In this document: piece by piece, positions 53,277-64,000 of the stretch | How positions within the stretch are numbered: position 1 is the first letter of the stretch | Layout: the number at the start of each line of letters is the position of its first letter | Assembly: GCA_015680685.1 (NCBI GenBank) | Contig: MNCI01002086.1 | Location: 190,781-254,780 of the forward strand | DNA: 64,000 nt | Direction of reading: 5' to 3' | DNA from: Gnetum montanum | Lineage: Eukaryota; Plantae; Gnetophyta | Notes under the pieces: model-generated | Database searches by the model: none | Told to the model about the DNA's origin: nothing | What the model saw: the letters and a program-made list of their open reading frames with translations, nothing else | Made by a program: the position numbers and the translations under genes

Positions 53277-54157
53277 TGATGAGTAGAAAGTATACCTTAT
53301 GCCCAACCATATGAATTACAAGCATTCATGTGCAATTCGGTTGAATTTTGTAAACCTTAATTTTATAAGTACACTGGTTCTAGGAAATGAAATCTAATTG
53401 TAATGATCATTGTTGTCCCAACTACACTTGTGAAGCTTAGTTGTATGATTAAGTACAATTGTGGTACATGATTTTTATTATTTTATATTTTATTCACCTA
53501 CAAGTAACAACAAGTTGAAACTCAATTTATTAACCAATTTAACTAATTTGATTGCTAATTAATGACTAATTATCCTAACATACGCATCTAGTTCCACTTT
53601 CCATACACATCTTGAACGCATACAACATTGTTGGGCTACCAAGTGTTAAGCGCTGCTAGGATTTCCAAGCACTACATGTTATGCACAAAGCGGTCGTACT
53701 TATGTGTTTAATCTATTTATCTTAATTAGCTAACTAACTAAAGTCTCACTTATCTTAATTAATTGTGTAATTAATGAAAACAGTAAATGTAGAAATAAAT
53801 CATTAATCTATTCCAAGTGTTGCAAGGTTTGATTAAAAGGCTTGTTTTTATTGCCATTCACACCAGTGTTCTTAGGTACATCAGTGTTTAGATAAAAATT
53901 TGTACACTTTCTAACTACTATTGTAGGCACTCAAAAAAATATTCTAACTTTCAAATGATAAGATTACAAGAGCTCTCCTACAAATTTGACAAGACATGCC
54001 CTAAACATGGTAGATGAGCATGTATTTATAGACTTTATTGTGGAGTTGTGTCGATGGGACCTCATAAATGCAACAAATACTATGTCGATGTGCAACACCA
54101 CATCGATGGGGACCCATCGACAAGGGCTTATCAGTGTAACACTTTGATGCTTCATCA
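53277..54157 (-). repeat. Outer complete 5' LTR of B
   Basis: TGATGAG...TTCATCA followed by the TSD AATGC. Confidence 0.93.
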
Positions 54158-57100
54158 AATGCCAATGATAACAACTAGTTGTTGTTAAGTTATTGAGATG
54201 ATTTGAATAAATGGCATAGAGAATCCTATTCCTCCATCTTCAAAAGAAAATTCTTAGCTAAAATGTGAGTGCCCTCTTACTAATATGCCATCAAATTATG
54301 GTGATCCTCTAAAAAACTAGATTTCATATGCTTACAATAAACTAAAATGGATACTGTAAGGAACATTACTATTATTTATCATCCTTTATTTCAATATGGT
54401 TTTCATTTTTCTAATTATTTTTAAAGTTTTAGTGGACTATGGATAATTTGGAAATATGATTTATGGTCTTTTGTATTTTGGTTTAATCAACATTCTTTCA
54501 CCATCTAAAATATGGAAAGACCTAACTAGATGTTAATCAATGTCTACGGGAATCTACAAGTCAAAAACTAAGTTTTATACAAGGGACAATTTTTATTAAA
54601 TATTCAAAACATTATATATCATATCCTACTTATGATTTCAATTCTATTTTAAGATTTTTTGAGAAATTAGAAGCCAATGAAATGTCAAAACCCACACTCC
54701 TTTATAAAATTCATAGCACATTTAGGTTAAGTTGATATTCATTTTTTAGAAGAAAATTATACTTGATCAACTTAATATCAAGGCATAGCTAGAGAATTAT
54801 GTAAGTTGGATCATTTTTATACTTCCATTACATGGTATTAATCCTTTCCCTTTGCTTTAGCTTATTAGCTCCCTCATACATGAAGGAGGGAAGACTCAAT
54901 ATGAACTATGTCTTAGTTCTTATAGCACTTACAAATATAGTATGATTGATAACACCTATTAGTTAATAACTAGAAGCATACTAGTAGGTACATATTAGGG
55001 AACATGCATGCATAATGATCCAAGACATACATACCATAACACAAGTTGACATAGTATATCATAATAAGAAAACAAGGATTGATCCTATGTTACACACATC
55101 TAGCCTTATGCTCTCACTTCAAAGAGAAGAGATAAGGCTTGAGATAAAATTTAAAGACCTATCAACCTACATATCCTTGTGATGTAGTTCACAAGGAATT
55201 ATTATAATGTAGTTCAATAGGAATTATCATTGATGGTTATGATAGCATGGAACCCATAAGGATCCCTACACTCATTTAGCCCCTGATTTAGAGGGGAACA
55301 ACCTTTAAACCATCAAAAATACATGTTTTCTTATACTTTTCCCTATTTGAAAAAATAAATGTCCTTAGAGCTTAAGCCTTTATTCATTTTCTTTCCAAAT
55401 TAGAGAGTACATTGGATATTGAGCGAAATCAAAAAGCTAAGAATCCATCCAACAATTATAGATAAGAAGGACCAACAGCTAGGGTTAATTAACTATAAAG
55501 CATGAATGTTGTACTTAACTTGGCATCCAAAAGACCCTAGAAATGTTCATGCTATTAGGTCTTCACAATGGAATAAGATCTCAAGCCTCTATTTATCACT
55601 AAAATTTTGGCTCCAAACTTAGCAATTTTGTTAATCATGGCTAGGAACACAATTTAAGGCTTGGTCATGGTGGGAAACCATTTGCTATGAAACTTCATCA
55701 CAAGTTGTGATATGTGATCATGAGTCATGGTCAATTCTTGTATGGTTATGCTATTATAAAATTAGTCATCATCCAAAAATATAGAGAAAAAATCAAGCTG
55801 TGTAAAATATGAGTCATGGTAGATATTCTAAATCTCTAGTACTTATGTTGTACTTTGAATGAGAGACCATAGATAATGGTAATCAGATTCATAAATCATA
55901 AGTTGACTACAAGGCATGGTAAAGTCATGATATTTACCATAGATCATGGTAACATCATGGAATTATAGGAAAAATAGAAAATAAAAAAACAAGAATTTAA
56001 ACTTATAACTAGAAAAATATATCAATAGAAACATTAAAAACAAGACTTGGAATATGTCTCAAAATGTCTAAACATGATGGAGGAGGCTTAAATTAGAAGG
56101 ATAGCATAAAACACTTCTTAAACTAATAATATTTTTGCAACATGAACATAAACATGAAAAATATGCATAAACCCTTTGAGCCTTACTTAATTGTTCACAA
56201 ATGCTTCATAAAAATAACATGCAATATGAGAGAACACTTCACTTAATCTAGAATAGCTTGGAACAAGCTCATGCAATGAAAAAAATCAGATTTTATTTCA
56301 TATTTTAAGAAAGGGGTTGAAGCCCTCTTTAAATTTTCAACATGCACATGAAATTAAAGAGAAACTAACTTGAATTTGAAACTTCAGGGTAAATCCTTTG
56401 AAATTAAACATAAATCCACTTCAAAATAGTTGAATTCTTCAAATTAAAGAAAACATAAAGAACCATGCATATAACTTTGAAAACTTGAGAGAACTTAAAA
56501 CATGAGATATTATGTGAGAAACATATGAATTTCATGTAAATATAAGAAATTATGTAAGAAAGATATGTGAGAAATTAAGAGAATAATCCATGAATAAGGA
56601 TTAACTCTTCAAGATGAGAGAAATATGTTGTAAGAATGCAAGAAAGAAGAAAAAAGGATGAAGCTAAGAGAGCTTTAACCAAACACTTAAACACTTCAAA
56701 AAATATTAAAAGCAAAGGAAAGTGAGAGCTTTACCATTAACTTTAATTATCTTGGCAAGTTACAATGGGAGGGATTCACCACTTCTTAAACATTTTTTTG
56801 GATGATCTTATCTCTTTTGGGATGGACATCTCATTAAAACTTTTAATCCCTTCTTTTCCTTTTAGGACTTTTGCTTTCAGCATAACCTTTTATGACCCTT
56901 CTTTAGAATAAATAACACTTATAACTCCTATTACATCAAAGGAATATATCAACATGAAAGTAATAACTACCACTATGTTCTACTTTACTCAACATGAAAG
57001 GGAAATGATCATGGAAATTGGAAATACATATTCACACAATTTCTAACATGTGTAGTATTGGTTAAGGTAGAGAAGGTTTGAAAATTCTAGAAACCTTTAT

Positions 57101-57449
57101 ACTTAGAGAAAAATCTATTCTCTCAACATGCACATTGGTTTTCTATCACTTGTAGTGATGAAAGGGAATAGAGTCAATCCTTTGCATCACAATAAATGCT
57201 ACCATATAACTTGGGAAACTCACTTCTCATGCATAGTAGAAGTCTATCACTAACATATAACTTGGGACTTTGGCCTTAACATGAAATCATCCAATACTCC
57301 TTAATTGAGAGGGAACACATTGGTTCTCCACCTCTTAAAAGTGGTTCATCATGAATTCACTTAATCATTAAATGTTTTTTATAGGTAACACTATGATCCT
57401 TTTTCACAAGTGAGGCACCAAGATGTTTATCCTTGTAGGTTCAAAAAGA

Positions 57450-60400
57450 TATATCAATGTGATTATTTACATAAAATTTATAAACAAACTCTTTTTATGT
57501 CTAAGAGAATGCAAATCCTACTAGATATCTTCCTCTGAAGATGTGCTTTACCAATGTATCAAAACCTCTACTTTTTGTTCAAGATCACATCAATGGAAAT
57601 TTGCAATGGGTTGCATCCATCATGCATGTACTATCTCAATGCTTAGAGATCCATGAAATCTCATCTCTTTTGGATCAACATCTTTAGGATTAAACATTTT
57701 TAACATTGGAACATGGAACACTAGATGATACTTTAATAGATATGATGAAAAGTATATCTTGTACACAATTTTGTTTATATCAGAAAGAACCTTGAAGGAA
57801 CCATCACACCCTTCTTTGGTATCATCTACCCAACATAATGCATTTTTAAGAAAGCCCATTTACCAGCTTCAAATTGTAATGGTTTTTGCTTCTATCAACA
57901 TACTTTTTCATATGATGAATAGACTTTCCTAGGTATAACTTTATCATAGGGACTTGATCCATTCATGACTTCACAAACTCATCTAAAAAAGGATTTTATC
58001 CTTGTTATGAGGTTTCCAACAATTGAGGTACAACCAATTACCTCTCTAAGGGTAACTTTGCTAGAGAAATTCCCATGGCAAAGGAATTTTAAATGTTTTA
58101 ACTAGACTGTACCACAACTAACAAAGTTACATAGTTGGTTTAATAAAACTAGATAAAATGCCTCAAGTGCTTCTTTAAAACTCAAGTCACACACTCCATC
58201 TAACCATCTATTTGGAAATGATATCCTAAATACATATACAACTTAGTACCCATCATCTCAAATAACTTCAGTTATAAAATCTCGCATAAAATGAGAATCT
58301 CAATTAGACACAATGATTATGGAAAATCTGAGCTACTAAACCACATACTCAAAGAATAAAGTTGCCACATTTTTAGTCATGCAAGAGGTTGAACATGGAA
58401 TGAAAATGACACACTTTAAAAATTTGTTCGCAACTACAAGAATACTTGAAAATTGTTGTTCTATGATAAGCTTGGTGATAAAATCCATGGAAATAAATAT
58501 CCACAGAAGCTTTGGAATTTACAATGGTTGAAACAAGATCTATTATCTCTTACTAAAAGTCTTGTCTTGTTGACACACTAAACAACTTGACATAAAGTGC
58601 ATCACACAAACCCTCAAATTTGGCCAATGTAATTTCCACTTCATCCATGCTACTATTCTTTTAGAAAAATCATAAACGAATCCACATCACTCCATAAGTT
58701 GCTTCATGTGACCCATCTATATATATTCCATGACCATCTTAATCATGCTTATGTGTGTCCCTAGATCCCACCCCTACTTGCTAGCAAGCCTAGTGGTAGG
58801 TAGGGGTGGAACCCAAAGATACATGTTTAAATAATATAAAAAATATTTTATGTGTTAATTAGCCTAGGTAGAACAGTGATACACACTTGTAATAATAAGT
58901 GCAATTTTGAGTGTTTGATTTAATTCTTTTATAAATTCCTTATTTATTATCAAATGTACTTAGAATTTTTTTACCTCATGCACTTACTTGAGCACTATGT
59001 ATGGCCATGTATGTATGCCATACATAATTGCATCTGCTATGCATCTACTACATATAAGATGTGGATTATTATATCGTGTGTTGTTCATTTATTCCTTGAA
59101 TGACCTACCTAAAGAGTTTTATGACATGTATCTATGATTTAAGAATATAAATCACTCTAGTTTAGAACATAGATTATGTTGTGTTTATACATGATCAAAT
59201 CATTTACTTCATTATAATTCAACATATCACCACATCTGACTAGCTTCAAAAACTCCTAAGCATGTTCATCATGTATAGTTTATCTTAAATTTTCTTCCTA
59301 AGTTCATGGTTGGTGACTATCCAAGAGTTATTGAATCGGTTCATTAATTCCATTGAACACACCTAATGACACTAACTTAATGCATCAACCACCATATTTT
59401 CCCTACCTAGGTGATATATGAACTAAAAATTGAACTCTTAAAACAAGCTCAACTAACTTGCTTGCTTGAGCTTTAATTTGAAATAAGTGAGCATGTAGCT
59501 TGTGGTAAAGTATTCTATTTTTAATACCACATGACCACCTAAGAGATAGCATCACCATGTGCAAAGATAGTGCACAATGAAAAATGTCTCCTTTTCATGC
59601 ACTAGCCACAACTATTCTATGGGATTTAGCTTCTTTGACTTGTAAATAACTAGATGATTTCTTTGCAAGAGAACACTTTTAATTGCCTTATTTAAAGCAT
59701 AAACATGAACTTCTAATGGCTTTGAAAAGTTAGAAAGGGTCAACATAGATTAAATTGTAAGAGTTATCTTAATCTTATCAAATGCCTTTTGATACTTATC
59801 ATCCCCTTCCTTCTTTTCCAAACTGGTTAGGGCTACTATGATATCTAAGAACCCTTTACCAAACCTAGAAATTATCATACCTCATGTGCATCCTTTTTAA
59901 TAGGAAACCTTTAAATGACTTCTATCTTCTTAGGATCTAGTTTCATCTTACCTCTAATAATGATATGACTAAGAAACTTCAACTCTACTTTTCCAGACTT
60001 GTACTTCTTTCACTTGACATACAACATATGCTCTCACAATTTAAAGAACATCAACTCAAGTGTTGAATTTTTTTTTCATAGAGTAAGAATACACAAGGAT
60101 GTCATCAAGATATATAATCATAAACTTATCAAGGTACTAGTGGAACACCTTGTCCATTAATGTGTAAAAGATACATGGTAGTCTCTTCTTGAATGAAAAT
60201 AATTGACTTCATGCCCTTATATCACTTCAAGGGGTATAAAATCAACTTTAATGTTAAGTAAGAAAATTTCAATTGAAGTAAAAAGGTTGGTATAGTTTCC
60301 CTAGAAAAAGAGAAACCTTTTCTTTTTTAAATTAGGTTGCATGAACATCTATAAGTCTTTGTCGAATCCATAGGAAAGTAGCAATTTATTTTAGTAATTA

Positions 60401-61100
60401 AACCCTAGAACCACTAATGGTGGGGGTAGCAACACACTTAGTCAACATTTTAAAAGCCTATTATCTCCTAAGGAGACATGGAGAATACAAATATTTGGAA
60501 TTAATTCAAAGAGTGGGTAAATTCACTATCACCACTTGAGTCACAAAAGAAATCAAATTATACTTATATGAATGGTACTTCATGTATCATTGAATGATAC
60601 CTACAATCCCTAAAAAATTTAGAACATGACCTTTAATCTTCATCTAAAAATGCTTAGTTCCTAGATGTGGGTGTCGCCCCTATACCAATCCTTTAGACCT
60701 TCATTTTTCATACAATAGGTTTCAACTATTGATAAAAGCCCATAAGCATAGAGTTATTAGATCTATAATAAGTTGGGACTTCCAAAATCTTCCTTATCTC
60801 AACCACTCAGGAAGAATGCAACCATAAGTTTCTTACAAGTTGTTGTACTTTGAGGTTTGTGGGACATGCTAGTGGAGCACTAGTTGAACTTAAGATTGTA
60901 ATCCACATGTAAACTATCACAACACTATACCCCGAATTTGGTATGTAAGAATAAATTGATTTACTCTTTCCTTATAGTTTATGGCTTGATATTTACTTGG
61001 ATTATGGGTATACTAGGGTACTATCATCATTTTTCTATTACAAGGCTAACTAATTTCAAGGTGAGGCAACCTACATTTTAGAAGATGCATGAGTCCAAAT
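57450..61100 (-). mobile_element. Chromovirus-type Ty3/gypsy gag-pol remnant, heavily decayed, with deletions and an insertion
   Basis: YLDKFMIIYLDDILVYS (RT, ~60085-60140); ISMDFITKL (INT, ~58480); GSFKVL...HLVFHVPMLK (GPF/Y motif); probable chromodomain VLIHW at ~57550. Confidence 0.85.
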
Positions 61101-63206
61101 GCTTTATTTTTGTGACTAACCCTACAATCATGTTATTGTGTAATAGGCTAAGATTTTAGCCTCCATAAGATATATTTGATATAACTAAATAACTATTTAA
61201 ATCTATTATTTCCATTACCACTGAAGTGGATGTCTCTTAGTCTTCTTCTCCTAACCAAAAAAACCTATCAATTTGAGAAGGAACACATACCAGCTCAAAC
61301 CATACATAAAACTACAAGAAGCTTTCTTTTTCTTAGAGTAGAAATCCTAGGGACCATTAGAATCTCCACAAAAGAACAAAAGAATGTAACTAGAAGATTG
61401 ACATTGGACAAAAAATACTTATTTTTTCAATGTATAAAAAAGACTTCATAAACTCAATTAATCATGAAATAATAGTTCACAATAATTGCCCATCATGAAA
61501 TAACCTAGGCTTCTCTTTGATAAGAACCTTTCCTTCTTTTATGTCTTAAGTAATTCACTTCATTATTCAACAAGAAATCAATGATCCAACCAACAACAAT
61601 GTGAATAAGAGAGCAAGGTCATAGAAACTACATTATATGAATGACTAATAGATATATATATATACTTGGAAATCCCCAACCTTATCCTTACTTATGCATG
61701 TCTATAATGAATCAATTAATTTGTCATAGTAGAGAGAAAAATGGTTCATAGACCATATTTAAGCTTTGGAGAAATATCCTCAATAGTGAGGAGTATACAT
61801 GCATGTTTTAATAAGAACACTAAAAAATCCTAATTTAACTATGTAAGATAGTCAACATACAATTGAGTAACTAAATTGAGATATTTACTTATATTCTAGA
61901 TAAAGCTCATAATCTACAAGAACATTATATGGTGTGGATAAAAGAAGGAAGACTAAAAGATCTAATAGGTATAAAATTCAATTCTATTTGAGAAGCTAAG
62001 AATTTACTAGGAATTCTAGATTGAAAAAGGGGTGGTTCTAAATATGGTGCTGAAGGACTTAAATCAATATGAATGAAATAAGAATCAAATTGGTCTTATT
62101 TGCTTAGTCCATTCTTATCCATCAATCACTTACTAACCTTGTCAGCTTAAAGAATAATGCTAATGAAAACTAACTAACCATAATAGAAATTGATTAACCA
62201 ACCTTTAGACCTAAGAACATAAATCAATCACCTCATTACAATCCCATTTACTTATAATAAGATAAGAGACTTTATAGGGTTGAGTTTTCTCCCCATATGA
62301 TTTCTAACTCCTTGCTACATTAAGATATCTATAAGTAAATATTAAAATATTTGTGCATTGTGAATTCTCTATTTTGGTCAAAATTTTAAGGTTTAAAATG
62401 TTTAAGAAATGAATTCCAATTTTGAAACATGATGTGAAATGTTGAGATAAAAAATAAAAAATATATTAATAGAACAATGATCTCACTAATTTATATTTTA
62501 TATTTTTCAAATTTATGAACATTACTACTTTGAATCTACCTTGTTTTCAAGTTTTCTCAAGTCACCTGCATCATTTGCAAGAATATTTAGGTTTTTATTA
62601 CCTAAAAATAGTGAAAATTATAATATAAATTTATTTTTATATATACATGTCTCCTCTCATTAGCATTGTCCCTTACATTTTTAAATTTCACTTCACATCT
62701 CAATGATGATTCATTTTGCCTATCCAAAGTTTCCAAGTATATGATCCTTATAACACACATAGTAAAGTATAGATCATTAACATTATTAATTTTGACACTT
62801 TTTCTAGGAATTTTAATGGAAGGCAACATCAAATCCAAAAATACAACTACATAAAGTCATGGATTGGTCACAAAAAATGTGGCAGTTATCCTTAGAAAAG
62901 AAAAATAACTAGATAGAAAAAGAACGAAACACAAAAAATGGGATGGCTTGGTTCCCACTAGATCTTTATCTAGCCTCATATAAATTAAGATCAAACTAAA
63001 AAATATAAAAGTAATGTGTGTCCTACCACATCTAGTAATAAAAAACTATAAACACAAGCATGTACCTTACAAGTAAAGGATAATAAAATTCTAATCAATA
63101 TGTAAAATTCCATTAGAACAATTCCAAAAGAGAAAGTATCTCACCAAGAGTTCACTTGGCCAAAATAATAAATGCACAATAACTTTGAAATTGATTTCCC
63201 TGAGGG

Positions 63207-64000
63207 GCAAACCGCCAGCTACCAAATGTTAGAGAATGAAGATTGTATAAGTCTTCAAGGATCTCCTTCTCTTCTTGGGCTCTTTAATATCATATGACAA
63301 AGGAGTATGATATTCCTAATATTTTAACATTTTAAGGGAAGGAAAAAGCACAACTACAAATAAGAAAGATGGATCTACCCTTGTAGATAAGAGAGACAAG
63401 TTAATCCCTATATCTAGGAGGAAGCTAATATGGTCATGTGGCCTAAGGAAGGATATCACAAAATCTTTAGAAAATAAATTTTAAGCTGGTTGAGTAAGTT
63501 GTTATTGATAAAATTGTAGTTAATTACTATTCTCCATAGGCTTTGCCTAATTCAACTTAGTTAGAATGATAATTAACTTATTCACCTAGTTTATTGGCTA
63601 ATGAGCCTCAACTCCAAGATCTTTGTATTTTAATTTGAGGATTAAAGAGTTTCATTTACTTTTGAACTTAATCTAGTTTACCTCATATGCCCTCTACAAT
63701 GACATCTAGACACAAAATCTTGTAAGAATCATCCTAGAAATACTTGTTGTAACATTGTTAGGTTTAATTAGTTTCCCAAAGCCTCTAACTACCTATTCCA
63801 ATCTATTGTTCTTCTAGAAATTCATAGGATAGTTTTGGATACAAACCTAGATAGGGATTCTCTAGAATAGATTAGGATTAGATTATGCCCTTAGATGTCA
63901 TATTAAAAGGTCAAGCCAATGAGTACTAAACAACCAAGGACCCTCAACAATAGCCTTGTCCTCTACCTCAACAAAAGTAAAGTTGAAGCAAAGCAATCCT
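63207..64000 (-). mobile_element. Possible PBS plus LTR end of another element
   Basis: Minus strand ...CTAACA-TT-TGGTAGCTGGCGG has the LTR-end/PBS layout (LTR from 63227); tRNA not assigned and no partner LTR seen. Confidence 0.35.

Larger units (their letters stand above)
30184..54157 (-). mobile_element. Full-length degenerate Athila-like gypsy (element B) with three LTRs and nested element D
   Basis: TSD AATGC at 30179-30183 and 54158-54162; termini TGATGAG...TTCATCA; PBS, gag, PR, RT, RH, INT, extra ORF, purine-rich tract before the 3' LTR. Confidence 0.93.

Noticed and set aside
54163-57450. LTR of the chromovirus, or 5' end of the minus-strand copia
   Set aside because: Probably TE-derived, but I could not identify termini, a PBS or a partner repeat.
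62602-62854. Short ORFs as genes or transposase
   Set aside because: No recognisable motif; AT-rich decayed sequence.

Overview
Eukaryotic, plant-type heterochromatin: AT-rich, strongly CG/CHG-depleted, and almost entirely nested, decayed LTR retrotransposons. I found no intact host gene or intact TE ORF. Left to right: (A) 5' half of a minus-strand Athila-like Ty3/gypsy element (1-8671). It is interrupted by a ~3 kb foreign segment carrying a CpG-rich, gene-like island, and a second related LTR is stacked onto its 5' LTR. Next are a plus-strand Ty1/copia remnant (~10270-13150) and a related minus-strand copia (~13700-30060) with an in-frame RT-RNaseH deletion. (C) A plus-strand non-autonomous Tat/Ogre-like gag-protease element (14651-27865) sits inside that copia. 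(B) A complete minus-strand Athila-like element (30184-54157, TSD AATGC) has three LTRs and an extra 3' ORF. (D) A relative of C (40018-49833) is nested in B. The window ends with a decayed minus-strand chromovirus-type gypsy (~57450-61100). Most notable: a 61-nt copy of mature tRNA-Asp (with CCA) joining two tandem LTRs in B; a gag-PR-only family with an apparently spliced antisense gene and a repeat-spacer-like array of a conserved ~19-nt motif; and a copy of the 3' flank wedged between the 5' LTR and PBS of C. All alignments were done by eye, and the reference tRNA was recalled from memory.
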